From IMG/VR virus record IMGVR_UViG_3300015063_000038, positions 1 through 44,788 of that record: a stretch of 44,788 nt of DNA. One strand, 5' to 3'. This DNA comes from a virus (taxonomy: Duplodnaviria; Caudoviricetes). Position 1 is the stretch's first letter, and each line of letters starts with the position of its first letter. Positions 26,005-36,357 of the stretch are shown in pieces. The translations under genes and the position numbers were made by a program. The notes under the pieces were generated by a model. It was not told the origin of the DNA. It worked only from the letters and a program-made list of their open reading frames with translations, and ran no database searches.

Positions 26005-26538
26005 ATGAGCACACATAAACGTACAAGCATACGCCGCGCTGGTCATAAACTCACTAAAGAGCAAACACAAGAAGCGCAAGAGAAATTCTTGAAAGCGTTC
26101 GCTAATAACGGCAATGTTCGCGCTGCGTGCCTTGTCGCTGGCATAGATCGTAGCACTGTTCACGTCTGGGCTGAACACTCAGAAGAGTTTGCCTCCGAGT
26201 ATAATTTGGCGAAAGCAGACGTTGACGATGCCATCAGGGGTGAAATATTCAGGCGTGCAATGTTTGGCGAAGAGAGGATCATTACCTCGATGGGCAAAGT
26301 TGTTTATCATGAGGATAAGCCGCTCACGATTAAAGAGAAGTCGGATTCCTTGCTCATGTTTATAGCAAGAAGCAGAATGCAAGAATTTAGGGAGAAGCAA
26401 TCCGTAGAGATGAGCGGTCCTAATGGTGGGCCTGTACAACATCAATCTATCCCCATTGATCCTCGGTTGCTTACTTCTGAGCAGTTGGCAACCTTGAAGG
26501 CAATGGCTATTGATCTTCAGCAGGATATCGCAAAATGA
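26005..26538 (+). CDS. terS: Terminase small subunit
   Basis: HTH GNVRAACLVAGIDRSTVHVW, SDSLLMF, EMSGPNGGPV; overlaps terL. Confidence 0.88.
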   Translation: MSTHKRTSIRRAGHKLTKEQTQEAQEKFLKAFANNGNVRAACLVAGIDRSTVHVWAEHSEEFASEYNLAKADVDDAIRGEIFRRAMFGEERIITSMGKVVYHEDKPLTIKEKSDSLLMFIARSRMQEFREKQSVEMSGPNGGPVQHQSIPIDPRLLTSEQLATLKAMAIDLQQDIAK

Positions 26539-28151
26539 TCAATAGCCAGGTTCCCCCTGCGGGTTCCCGTATCGAGTTCGGTAACATGCTCTTCCAGATG
26601 GTTGAGGCTGAAGAGATGCGCCGAAGTCTGAAGCGGTTTGTAGTGGCTTTCTGGCATATTATAGAGCCTTCCCCATTTGTAGATGGTTGGGTTGTCGATG
26701 CAATTTGCGATCACCTGAGCGCTCTTACTCGTGGCGATATCCGCTTTCTCTTGATAAACGTGCCACCTCGACACAGTAAAAGTACCATCTGTAGTGTGCT
26801 ATGGCCTGTTTGGTGTTGGCTGCAAAAGCCTGAAGATCGTTTCTTGTGTGCATCCTACAGCCTAGATCTTGCCATTCGTGACAACCTCAAGAAGCGCAAT
26901 CTGATTGATTCCCCCTGGTTCCAATCTTTGTACGGGAAAGACTTCAATTTGACCGCCGATACTACCTCTTTTCAAGTTGAGCGAAAGTTCTCATTGACTG
27001 CTGAACAGAATGCGAAACGCTTTTTCACAAATGACAAACTAGGATATCAACTTGCAACTTCTGTAGGAAGTACCACAACAGGACAGGGAGGCTCAAAATT
27101 GCTGATAGATGATCCTCACTCAGCAATGGAAGCCCACAGTGAAGCTGATAGAATATCGGCGGCAAACTGGTTTAGGGAAACGTGGTCTAACCGCATGAAT
27201 GATGCCGCTAAAGATGTCATGATCGTAATTGGACAGCGTATTCACGAGGAAGATATTTCAGGGATTATTCTCAAAGAGCGTACCGACTGGATACATCTCA
27301 ACTTGCCAGCCGAGTATGAGCCAGCAAATAAATGTGTAACTATCTTTGGTTGGAGCGATCCACGTACTGAGGAAGGTGAATTACTTTGGCCTGAGAGATT
27401 TAGCCAGGAAACCCTTAATCGTTATAAGCGTGACCTGGGCAGTATGGGATTTGCGGCGCAATATCAGCAACGCCCTGTACCTTCAGGTGGAGGACAGTTT
27501 AAGAAGAGTTGGCTTCGCTACTTCACTCAGGACGAACAAGCCTATACCCTCGAAGAACCTGATACGCGAAAACGTTTCTTGCTCAACTTGTGTCACTTAT
27601 TTGTCACGGTAGACCTCGCTATCAGTCAAAAGCAAACAGCAGATTACACCGTGATAGCAGTGTGGGCGGTAACTCCTGACCGTGAATTATTGCTGATTGA
27701 TCGGTTGCGAGATCGATTTGACAATCCTGAGCAACAAAAGCAATTGCAACTTATCTACCAACGCTATCATCCTGACTATATTTCCATTGAGAATGTTGCC
27801 TACCAGTTAGCCATAATCCAACAACTCAGGCGATTAGGGTTGCCCATTCGAGAGTACAAACCAGTGAAAGACAAAGTATCGAGAGCTAGTACAGCCTCAG
27901 TGTTCTACGAGGGTGGACGTGTCTATCATCCAAAGGGCGTCTCATGGTTGCAAGAGTGGGAGGATGAATTGCTCATGTTTCCGATGGGAGCGCATGACGA
28001 CCAAGTGGACACACTTAGTATCGCTTGTGATGCTATATGCGGACCTACAGCAAATGCTAGCGAACAAATCGAAGCCATGAAACGACGGGCGCAATTAGCA
28101 CAACTGAGAACTGCGATGCCAGCGAAAGTTATGCCTGGGTGGCCGGTATGA
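26535..28151 (+). CDS. terL: Terminase large subunit
   Basis: INVPPRHSKST, LLIDDPH, QRIHEED, AQYQQRP, VDLAIS, HDDQVD. Confidence 0.96.
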   Translation: MINSQVPPAGSRIEFGNMLFQMVEAEEMRRSLKRFVVAFWHIIEPSPFVDGWVVDAICDHLSALTRGDIRFLLINVPPRHSKSTICSVLWPVWCWLQKPEDRFLCASYSLDLAIRDNLKKRNLIDSPWFQSLYGKDFNLTADTTSFQVERKFSLTAEQNAKRFFTNDKLGYQLATSVGSTTTGQGGSKLLIDDPHSAMEAHSEADRISAANWFRETWSNRMNDAAKDVMIVIGQRIHEEDISGIILKERTDWIHLNLPAEYEPANKCVTIFGWSDPRTEEGELLWPERFSQETLNRYKRDLGSMGFAAQYQQRPVPSGGGQFKKSWLRYFTQDEQAYTLEEPDTRKRFLLNLCHLFVTVDLAISQKQTADYTVIAVWAVTPDRELLLIDRLRDRFDNPEQQKQLQLIYQRYHPDYISIENVAYQLAIIQQLRRLGLPIREYKPVKDKVSRASTASVFYEGGRVYHPKGVSWLQEWEDELLMFPMGAHDDQVDTLSIACDAICGPTANASEQIEAMKRRAQLAQLRTAMPAKVMPGWPV

Positions 28152-28216
28152 TTAAGGGAGGTTAATTTGTGGGGTTGAACATAGGTGTTATAGTCAAACG
28201 TCAACAAGAAGGTTTC

Positions 28217-28483
28217 ATGTCTTACGGGAGCAACCCTAAAGGGACAAGAGACGAGGTACAAGAGGGCTTCGATACATTCTTGAGAGGGAAGTACTCAGAG
28301 GATGTATTCACGCCCACAGTAAGCCTAAATGAGAGCGATGGGGTATACACTTTTGACGTAAGGTTAGATTACAAATGGAATAATTATGATGATACGCCGA
28401 TGTATCTGGCTATTATGGAGTATGTGTTGACACACTTCAGCACCAATTATGGTATTGATATCCATGTTTATCATTCGCCATGA
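28217..28483 (+). CDS. Hypothetical protein
   Basis: RBS GAAGG, co-oriented. Confidence 0.6.
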   Translation: MSYGSNPKGTRDEVQEGFDTFLRGKYSEDVFTPTVSLNESDGVYTFDVRLDYKWNNYDDTPMYLAIMEYVLTHFSTNYGIDIHVYHSP

Positions 28484-28644
28484 TCACACAAGACTGGACT
28501 TCTGAACAAAAGAAGCGATTTATCGCGATGGTGCAAGATATCCTGAAAATGACCGATCTCCCCTCATTCTTCCAATACGAGATCGACAAAGCCACCACTC
28601 AGGATGATCTCTCATCGGCACTAGGGAGGGAAGGAAAGCCATGA
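28480..28644 (+). CDS. Hypothetical 54-aa protein
   Basis: ATGA overlaps at both ends; MITQDWTSEQKKRFIAMVQD... Confidence 0.6.
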   Translation: MITQDWTSEQKKRFIAMVQDILKMTDLPSFFQYEIDKATTQDDLSSALGREGKP

Positions 28645-28919
28645 CGGAGCAAGATGCGATTAATGATTTGCAGACCATACTAGCAGCGTACGATGCGACT
28701 GTGCCATTCCCTGAGTTTGCACAATCTTATCTGCAAGAGCACCCATCGAAATATGACCTGAGCACCGTGATCAAGTTCATCATGCCGCCCAATCCCGTTT
28801 CAGTGTTGAGTGAGGATGAGCTTGACCGTCTCGCATCCAATTGGGAGATACCCGTAACGATTACGATTAAAGGCCAGAAGTATAGAGGTGCCATCTGGCT
28901 AGTAGAAGGAGAGGATTGA
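28641..28919 (+). CDS. Hypothetical protein
   Basis: Coupled ORF with RBS. Confidence 0.65.
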   Translation: MTEQDAINDLQTILAAYDATVPFPEFAQSYLQEHPSKYDLSTVIKFIMPPNPVSVLSEDELDRLASNWEIPVTITIKGQKYRGAIWLVEGED

Positions 28920-29266
28920 TGAATGAAACAACCCCAACGAAACGCGCCAGCATCATGAGGCTCTCAACCTGTTTCAGTGTGAACTTGCCAGAGATGACAT
29001 TTAACGCGATACAGCAAGTGCTAGAGAAAGCGTACCTCGATTGGCGGTGTAATCCTGCATATTTGTTCTGTTCCGAATGGGATCATAAAAAGATTGGGAA
29101 AGAGATAATGACAGAATCTTCCTGGCGTGGTTTACCGTTGCCACCGGACGAAGATCACTTCTCAGCTAAAGTGGTATTTAACCAGATTACAGGCAGGCCA
29201 ATACACATTATCATATTGCCAGAACTTGGGGATGGTACTCTGATGTTTGGCTTTATGACCTATTGA
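28916..29266 (+). CDS. Hypothetical protein
   Basis: Coupled ORF with RBS GAGGA. Confidence 0.65.
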   Translation: MMNETTPTKRASIMRLSTCFSVNLPEMTFNAIQQVLEKAYLDWRCNPAYLFCSEWDHKKIGKEIMTESSWRGLPLPPDEDHFSAKVVFNQITGRPIHIIILPELGDGTLMFGFMTY

Positions 29267-29277
29267 GGAGCACCAGT

Positions 29278-29664
29278 ATGCCCACAAAAGACGACCTGAT
29301 CCAACCTAAAGATGTAGAGCACCTCTTGCGTGTCCTGGGCCGCAAAACACGGCGTAGCAACCTTACACGACGCCCTGAGATAGCTTGCGAAACTATTGCA
29401 GTCAGTGAGATGCTACACTTTCTCTTGTGGCTTGATGACAACGAAAAGCAGGATAGCGTATCCAAGCGAGTGAGGCATTATCTCGAAATGCACATGAGAG
29501 CCGAGGATTATGAAGCGGGGCCACCAGTTGATCGCGCTGGACTAATTAAGCGAATTGCAGATCAAGCACAGGAGAACGTGATTAACTCGCCTGAAAGTGA
29601 ATGGCATGGTATTCTCTCGGATGCGCTAAAAGAGATATCCGAACTCAGCCATTATCACGAATAA
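29278..29664 (+). CDS. Hypothetical protein
   Basis: RBS GAGGAG before ATG at 29278. Confidence 0.65.
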   Translation: MPTKDDLIQPKDVEHLLRVLGRKTRRSNLTRRPEIACETIAVSEMLHFLLWLDDNEKQDSVSKRVRHYLEMHMRAEDYEAGPPVDRAGLIKRIADQAQENVINSPESEWHGILSDALKEISELSHYHE

Positions 29665-29687
29665 TAAAAGAGAGATTACACAAGCAT

Positions 29688-30887
29688 ATGGAGCATAAAT
29701 CTATCCCATTATCCCTGCTAGACGAGCACAAACAAAATTACCGCAATCATCCTGATGAACAAATCAAGCAGATCGGTGCCAGCCTTGCACGATTCGATCA
29801 AGTGCGCAGTATCGTTGTAGCGCCTGAGCCAAATGGACGCTATACGATCCTCGCTGGTCATGGCGTAGTTGAGGCTGCGCGTCGCAATAATATTGAGCAA
29901 TTAGCGTGCGATATCGTGCCTCATGAGTGGTCAGACCTTACGCGAAAAGCGTATATCGTGGCTGATAACAATTTGCCAAGTGGAGCCAGTGATGACAGTG
30001 AAATGCTGGCAAAATTGCTCAGTGAGCAAAAAGATGCGGGGTTCGATCTAGCAAGCCTCGGTAGCGATGACGAAACACTTAGGCAAATGTTAGAGAGTTT
30101 GGGTGATGACTATTTGGGTGATGGTGAGGGAGAAGACGGTGATGATGATTTCATTGCCGAGCCAGATGAAGAACAAACGCGGGTAAAGGTTGGCGATATT
30201 TGGCAGTTGGGAAGACATCGATTGTATGTGGGCGATTGTACAATATCTGAGAATATCCAAAGGCTAACACGAGAACAAGCGATAGATGCCCTTATAAGCG
30301 ACCCCCCTTATGGAATTAGCCATGATTTAGATTATACCCGATTCGTAGGTGGGGTCTCACCTACGAAGAATAAAACTAAAGGTATATTGGCTAATGACGA
30401 AAAACCCTTTGATCCATCTCCTTACCTCAACTATCCAGCAATTGTATTGTGGGGAGCAAATTGTTATTCTAATCGATTGCCTCTGGGATCTTGGCTTATA
30501 TGGGATAAAAGGTTTGCTAATGGCACTGCATTTCTGGCAGACGCAGAAGTTGCATGGATGAAAGGTGGTTATGGGGTTTATATCCATGCAATTACAAGTC
30601 AAGGTTTTGTCAGACCTGAACCAGTTAATCATCCTACCCAAAAACCTACAAAATTAATTATATGGTGCATGGAAAAGGCGAAGGTTGAAAAGGACGCCTT
30701 AGTGTACGATCCCTATCTAGGTTCAGGCACAACGCTAATCGCATGTGAGCGAACAAACAGAACTTGCTATGGATGCGAAATCGAACCCAAGTATGCAGAT
30801 GTCATCCTGCGTCGTTTTGAGGCTGAATCTGGTCAAAAAGCAGTCCTTTTAGAGCCTTTTGTACAGCAAGAGAAGTGTCGGACTTAA
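29688..30887 (+). CDS. ParB/Srx-domain fused N4/N6 DNA methyltransferase (beta-class motif order)
   Basis: NYRNH, ILAGHG, IVADN (ParB-N); GDIWQLGRHRL, DPPY, HPTQKP, DPYLGSGTT. Confidence 0.93.
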   Translation: MEHKSIPLSLLDEHKQNYRNHPDEQIKQIGASLARFDQVRSIVVAPEPNGRYTILAGHGVVEAARRNNIEQLACDIVPHEWSDLTRKAYIVADNNLPSGASDDSEMLAKLLSEQKDAGFDLASLGSDDETLRQMLESLGDDYLGDGEGEDGDDDFIAEPDEEQTRVKVGDIWQLGRHRLYVGDCTISENIQRLTREQAIDALISDPPYGISHDLDYTRFVGGVSPTKNKTKGILANDEKPFDPSPYLNYPAIVLWGANCYSNRLPLGSWLIWDKRFANGTAFLADAEVAWMKGGYGVYIHAITSQGFVRPEPVNHPTQKPTKLIIWCMEKAKVEKDALVYDPYLGSGTTLIACERTNRTCYGCEIEPKYADVILRRFEAESGQKAVLLEPFVQQEKCRT

Positions 30888-31626
30888 TATCATGTTCCCA
30901 AATTATAACCAACGGAATGCCGAGAGAGCTAAGAAATTGTACTTTTCTTGCGTCATTCTCAGCAGTTCTCTTTTGACTAGCGTGAATAGGACCATTAGGA
31001 TAGAATCGGGGATCAGTATGCCAGTAGGTTCCATTAACCTCTATAGCCACTCCATTAGCAAGCATAATATCTATACATGCACAATACTGCCCTGTTTTTG
31101 GATCGCGAACGAGGTGTTGCGTGGTATAAGAGATTCCTCGTGTATCCAATTCTTGAGCAACCATTTTCTCAGCCTTAGAGATAATATCGAATTTTCCATC
31201 TGCCATAGCCTGACGTTGCAAGCTTGCGTGGCGATCTCGTGCCTCCTGGGTACTAAATTGTCGATGATTGGCTTCCCGTATCTTCTCACGAGCCTCTTCG
31301 GTATGAGTTTTACCTTGCATGGGATTTCTTGTGAGTACGTGGGCATAAGCCTTTCTCGCTGGAATGCTATTTCTCTCCAAAAGGTTAGTGATAGAACTGG
31401 CAGAAACTCCGAACTCACGGCCTATGGTATTAGCCGTTTTCCCTTCAATGCAATACAACTGTATGACTTGTTCGATAGAAGGAAAGTTTCTTGCTTTATA
31501 AGCAAAATAGCACCTTTTTGTACAGAATGTCTTCTTGCCAGATGGGGGTATTTTTGTAGTGAAGAATTGATTGCAATGTTGACATATGTACCAGTTCAAT
31601 TGCGTAGGATGGTATACTTTGGTCAT
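30802..31626 (-). CDS. Free-standing homing-type endonuclease (Zn finger, HTH, NUMOD3, Vsr/DUF559-like nuclease)
   Basis: CQHC..CTKRC; NPMQGKTHTEEAREKI; SKAE..IDIML..AIEVNGTYWH..LVIIWEHD; own RBS GGAG and TGGTATAAT promoter. Confidence 0.88.
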   Translation of the reverse strand: MTKVYHPTQLNWYICQHCNQFFTTKIPPSGKKTFCTKRCYFAYKARNFPSIEQVIQLYCIEGKTANTIGREFGVSASSITNLLERNSIPARKAYAHVLTRNPMQGKTHTEEAREKIREANHRQFSTQEARDRHASLQRQAMADGKFDIISKAEKMVAQELDTRGISYTTQHLVRDPKTGQYCACIDIMLANGVAIEVNGTYWHTDPRFYPNGPIHASQKRTAENDARKVQFLSSLGIPLVIIWEHDIKSDTSLAVQKALKGLLFDQIQPQNDAG

Positions 31627-31776
31627 GGTGAATCATCTCCAATTAAATGTAGTAGCCTAGAGATTAACTGTGCTATCAACGCAGTTAATCTCGATCAATA
31701 TTCCTCTATTATACCACACCTCATACCCTTTCGTCCAGCCTCAGAAGCCAATCGAAGCCACTTAGATATTCCCATA

Positions 31777-31890
31777 GGTTGCGAACTCTCACCTGAGTAT
31801 ATAAATATTATCATTTCGAGATGGGAGGCTCATACCGGATTGCAAGCCTCACTCCTTGAACGTGCTGAGGCGGTTGCCACAAACGAATAG
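31777..31890 (+). pseudogene. Orphaned second copy of the methyltransferase C-terminus
   Basis: GCELSPEYINIIISRWEAHTGLQASLLE versus GCEIEPKYADVILRRFEAESGQKAVLLE at 30771 (14 of 28 identical). Confidence 0.85.
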
Positions 31891-31988
31891 GTAGTCATGC
31901 TGTCTGCATGTGTATGCTAAAAAAGGAAATACCATCTTGACTAAATAATTTAACTGATATTTTTGCCTCTTCAGTGTTAGGAAATACC

Positions 31989-32219
31989 ATGTATCGTTTT
32001 ATCGTGCTGTACGTTGGCGATGATTACCGGCAATACTTTGCTGAGGGGCTGATTCATGTCGATAAAATGGTATATGTTCGTGGTTCTTATTGCGAAGAGA
32101 ACAAGCATTACGAAGATCTCTATACGCTAAAACTTGCTCTGCGTGACAATGAGAAGATTCGCTATTGGCATGTCCAGATGATTGATGTGGTGGAAGTGAG
32201 AGGAGCGAATGGAGTATGA
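31989..32219 (+). CDS. Hypothetical protein
   Basis: RBS AGGA; ATGA overlap with the portal gene. Confidence 0.6.
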   Translation: MYRFIVLYVGDDYRQYFAEGLIHVDKMVYVRGSYCEENKHYEDLYTLKLALRDNEKIRYWHVQMIDVVEVRGANGV

Positions 32220-35200
32220 GCAGACACTCTAATCGTAAAAGAGCACTCAACCGCGCCAATCCGCTTTACCTCGCTAATAGTGGAGGTACTATGTACGTTG
32301 CGCCTGGGCAGGCTCAGAGCGTCGCGGGTCAGGTTTTTTATGGTGGCACGACGAAAAATATAGCAACTGGACAACAGGCAATTTTTAGTCCTGGCGCTCC
32401 TTTGCAGGCACAACCTGGGGTGAATCCAAATGGGCTACCTATTTCATGGCGTTTCCCGCCAACCTACAATTCTTTCCCGGTTGATAGAACTCTGGCAAAT
32501 CCCGATATACCCTCATTTCAGCAATTGCGCAATTTGGCGAAATTATATTCTGGTATCACACTTTGCGAACGCGCCTGGGCGGATCTTGTCCCTCGAATGA
32601 AGTTGAAGATTTCGCTAAAAGCCGAATATGTAGCAGGTGGTGCTGACGATAAAGATTATCAGGCTGAGATATCCTATTTTCGGACATGGTTTGAGTCGCC
32701 AGATAAGATGCACGATCTTCACAGTTGGATTCGCATGTGTCTCAAAGACCAAACCCAGATAGATGAGCTATACATCTACAAGCGTAAAAATCGTGGTGGC
32801 GGTCTCTATTCTATGGAGTTGATCGCTGGCGACCAGATCAAACCATTATTGGACGATTGGGGAAAGACACCGCAACCGCCTGCCTATGCCTATCAGCAGT
32901 ACCCCTGGGGTATCCCTGGTGCATGGTTCAAAGCAAACGAACTTATCCACTATCAAGAAACACCCTCCACTGATAATCCTTATGGTCAAAGCCGTGTTGA
33001 ACGTATTATCATGCGTGTCAATCAAGCCTTGAGAAAGCAAAATAAAGACCTGAAGTATTTTACTGAAGGTAACGTACCAATGGGCATGATGATGCCACCT
33101 GAAGCGGGTAACTGGACGCCAGATCAAATTGACGCGTTTGAACAATCATGGAACAGCTTGCTTGCTGGCAATCCAACACAACAGGTGAGGATGCGTTTCA
33201 CTCAGCCAGGAATGAAATATCAGGCATTCGAGGAGTACAAGCTAGACTCTAGTTTCGATATGTACATTTTTAAGGAGTGCTGTGGAGCATACGGCGTCTC
33301 CCCTGGTGACGTTGCCTTTACCGAGGACATCCATAAATCAAGTGGCGACTCCCAACAAAATATGCTTTATCGGCGTACGATTGACCCTCTTGCTGTAACC
33401 TATGCCAGTTTCTTTACACAAGCAATTAATAATGATTTTGACCCCGATCTACATGGTGAGATGTTTGAGGCAAGCTTTGAAGGATATACAGAAAGTGAGG
33501 ACATTACTACACTTGCGGGTGCTTATAGTGAATTAGTAACATCTGGCATATTAGGTGTAACTAGTGCTGGTAAAATCTTGAAACTTCCTGATGATCCCAA
33601 CGCTCCCTACATCGGGCGTATCCTCGTAACCAAAGACGGCCCTATCTTTCTTGACGATATGGCAAGCGACAAAATGCGTAACGCTGCTTTACAAGCGAAA
33701 CTAACGGGATTGCAGCAAACAATGACACCTGCTAAACCGAAGCCTCCCACACAAGGGAATACTCCTATTGATGGTGAGCAAGACGCAACTGAAGAGACAC
33801 CGCCAACGCAATCACCAGCAAAGGCACAACCAAAAACCAGCCCAGTTACAGCCAAGCAAAGAGCAATTGCAAGTGATGACAATGAAGACGAGGATGAGCA
33901 GCAAGCGTTAGAGGATGAAGAAGATGAGGAGGAAGAGGGCATTTTACCGGATGATGAGGAAGAAGATGATGATGACGAGCCAACGCCTGAAGAGATCATG
34001 CAAGAGCAAGAAATAAGTTTCCATCTCACTGCCGATACAGCAGAACCATTCTCAGATCTTGAACGCTACTATGCGGAGGCTTACATCCCTGAGTACACTG
34101 AAGAGTACCCGATAGAGCGACACGTACCAGGGGGCCATGACCACGATCAAAAGACGCATGGCGATTTCTCGCATCCTGAGTACGGCGCAAAACACGATAC
34201 ATCGCCTGTTGCTAAGGCTACAATGGCGGCTACCACAACGGCCAATCCAAACTTACAATCAGCCGAAGCAAAAGTAACCAGCGCTCTCGCATCCTTCCAT
34301 GCCGCACAGAAAGCCTTCCACAGCGCATCTAAAGCTGATAAGCCTGCCGCACGAACAGCACTGAGAACAGCAAGCGCTACCCTGAAACAAGCCCGTAAGG
34401 ACGTTCACGCGCTCAAATCTGATGCTCGTGTACAGCGACAAGCCATAGCAGCGAAGGCACACGCCGCCAAAGTTCAAGCCGCCGCGCAAAAGAAAGCCGC
34501 AAGTGCTCAGGCGAAAGCATCAAAATCAGGGAAGTCTACAACCTCCACACAATCAAAAGATACTGCCGCAAAAGCCAAAGCCGAGAAAGCACAGGCGAAG
34601 GCAAAAGCCGCTAAGGTTGCAGCACAAAAGAAAACAGAAGCCGCACAAGCCAAAGCCCAGGCAATGAAAGCGCATATCCAGAAACTCGCAACCGCCGCCA
34701 AAGCCAAAGCCGCTAGTATGCTCGTGAAATCTCAAGCTAAAGCCCAAACCGCCGCCGTAAAAGCAGCAAAAACTCAGGCCAAATCTGGCAGTACTCAGGC
34801 TCATACACAACTGAAAACGGCAAAGGCTCAACAGGTGGCTGCTAAGAAAGTACAGGCACTTACCAGCACGATAGGCGCGAAAGCTAACCTGTACAATGCG
34901 TTATCAGGTCGCAAGATATCGGCAACTTGGACTGCTCAGGATGCATCGGATGCTTCTAGTATTGCCTCAGATCTGCATAGCCTGCTTGAAGCGGTAAATT
35001 CACATCAAGATGAAAGCAATGTTTCAGGGCTAGCAAAGAACCTGGCTCAATCGATTAGTTCGCTCTCCGCCCGAAAAGGTATCTCTCAGGCTGGTGCTAG
35101 CGTGTTACAAAAACTAGCGGTATCTGCTCAACAGCAATTATCACGGTCAATCCTGGGTGATGATCTCGACTACTATGAAGACGATGAGTATGACTTTGAG

Positions 35201-35728
35201 GATGAGGCGTATCTTGAAGAGGAGGAGGTATTTGGTGATGAGATTGACGAGGGAACAGCAGAAGAGAGACGCTACACGATTGGTGAACTCCTTGACTTGC
35301 TCCAACAACAAATGCAAGAAAAAGCGACTAACCAAAGTGATAGTACGCATCCTGAACAGTCCGAAGAAGTTAGAGCAATTGCAGAAGTCGATGGAAGCAC
35401 AATCCGCACTACAGTCTCCAATTCGCCCGATGACGCATCGAAGGACTATAAACGATGGAGAGACCGCGCTATAGACGATATAAAGGCCGCTAGAGTGCCA
35501 AGAGGTTTTACCACCACTCTGATACCTGACACGATCCACAGATGGATTAGTGAGGAGCTAGCGGCTTGTAGTAGCGTTGACGACGTGCGTGATGTGTTCA
35601 GTCAGGCGAGAGCAATGGGCAATGAGCCTGCTATAGCGGGTAAGGACGATTTGGCGAAGAGTGTTCATGATGTTTTTGCTCAGGTAGCGCAAAGGGGACA
35701 TAAGGGAGTCGCAGGATTGGAGGATTGA
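32216..35728 (+). CDS. Portal protein with a very long low-complexity C-terminal extension
   Basis: Portal-like core (SFQQLRNLA, IKPLLDDWG..PQPPAYAYQQY, PYGQSRVE, YFTEGNVP, AYGVSPGDVAF) in the first ~490 aa; position after terminase. Confidence 0.88.
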   Translation: MSRHSNRKRALNRANPLYLANSGGTMYVAPGQAQSVAGQVFYGGTTKNIATGQQAIFSPGAPLQAQPGVNPNGLPISWRFPPTYNSFPVDRTLANPDIPSFQQLRNLAKLYSGITLCERAWADLVPRMKLKISLKAEYVAGGADDKDYQAEISYFRTWFESPDKMHDLHSWIRMCLKDQTQIDELYIYKRKNRGGGLYSMELIAGDQIKPLLDDWGKTPQPPAYAYQQYPWGIPGAWFKANELIHYQETPSTDNPYGQSRVERIIMRVNQALRKQNKDLKYFTEGNVPMGMMMPPEAGNWTPDQIDAFEQSWNSLLAGNPTQQVRMRFTQPGMKYQAFEEYKLDSSFDMYIFKECCGAYGVSPGDVAFTEDIHKSSGDSQQNMLYRRTIDPLAVTYASFFTQAINNDFDPDLHGEMFEASFEGYTESEDITTLAGAYSELVTSGILGVTSAGKILKLPDDPNAPYIGRILVTKDGPIFLDDMASDKMRNAALQAKLTGLQQTMTPAKPKPPTQGNTPIDGEQDATEETPPTQSPAKAQPKTSPVTAKQRAIASDDNEDEDEQQALEDEEDEEEEGILPDDEEEDDDDEPTPEEIMQEQEISFHLTADTAEPFSDLERYYAEAYIPEYTEEYPIERHVPGGHDHDQKTHGDFSHPEYGAKHDTSPVAKATMAATTTANPNLQSAEAKVTSALASFHAAQKAFHSASKADKPAARTALRTASATLKQARKDVHALKSDARVQRQAIAAKAHAAKVQAAAQKKAASAQAKASKSGKSTTSTQSKDTAAKAKAEKAQAKAKAAKVAAQKKTEAAQAKAQAMKAHIQKLATAAKAKAASMLVKSQAKAQTAAVKAAKTQAKSGSTQAHTQLKTAKAQQVAAKKVQALTSTIGAKANLYNALSGRKISATWTAQDASDASSIASDLHSLLEAVNSHQDESNVSGLAKNLAQSISSLSARKGISQAGASVLQKLAVSAQQQLSRSILGDDLDYYEDDEYDFEDEAYLEEEEVFGDEIDEGTAEERRYTIGELLDLLQQQMQEKATNQSDSTHPEQSEEVRAIAEVDGSTIRTTVSNSPDDASKDYKRWRDRAIDDIKAARVPRGFTTTLIPDTIHRWISEELAACSSVDDVRDVFSQARAMGNEPAIAGKDDLAKSVHDVFAQVAQRGHKGVAGLED

Positions 35729-35729
35729 G

Positions 35730-36353
35730 ATGGAAGATACACAAGCAACAACAAAACCATTAAAGACAAATGTGATATTCATTCTGGACGGGTCTGGTTC
35801 AATGTGTGGCACCGCAACCGATGTACGTGGCGGATTCAATACGTATATCGAGAAAATCAAGGGTGATGGCAACGAGTACACACTCTCCGCTATCAAGTTT
35901 GGCTCAAAAGTGGAACTACTCTTTTCCAATCTACCATTAGAGCAAGTACCACTACTGACCGAAAAGAATTATATGCCGTGTGGCACTACCGCACTCTATG
36001 ATGCTATAGGTTTTGCTCTCGCTGAAGTAAAGATGGCAGATGAGGATCGCTTTATTGTCATCATCATGACTGACGGTTTTGAGAACGCTTCTCAAAAGTT
36101 CTCAAAAGAGATGATCACATCTAAGATTGAACTTCGTGAGAAGATTGGCAATTGGACTTTTGTGTACATGGGAGCTGATCAGGATGCATGGGCTGTTGCG
36201 AGTAATCTAGGGTTTGCTCAGGGGAATGTGATGAGTTTTGCCAGTACGACCACAGGCACCGTGTTTCACAATCTTGCATCGACGACAACTACCGCGAGTT
36301 CTGGTACTGCACGCTCTGTGAAAACTTTCTTTACCGGTGATGAGGAGAAATAA
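35730..36353 (+). CDS. von Willebrand factor A (vWA) domain protein
   Basis: FILDGSGSM MIDAS, TALYDAIG, IMTDGFENAS. Confidence 0.92.
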   Translation: MEDTQATTKPLKTNVIFILDGSGSMCGTATDVRGGFNTYIEKIKGDGNEYTLSAIKFGSKVELLFSNLPLEQVPLLTEKNYMPCGTTALYDAIGFALAEVKMADEDRFIVIIMTDGFENASQKFSKEMITSKIELREKIGNWTFVYMGADQDAWAVASNLGFAQGNVMSFASTTTGTVFHNLASTTTTASSGTARSVKTFFTGDEEK

Positions 36354-36357
36354 ATAC

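Noticed and set aside
30859-31776. 343-aa plus-strand ORF as a real gene, intein or intron
   Set aside because: Antisense to the endonuclease; only its last 37 codons are meaningful (methylase tail); no splicing motifs seen
33607-34831. Minus-strand Ser-rich and Ala/Phe-rich ORFs
   Set aside because: Mirror images of the low-complexity portal extension
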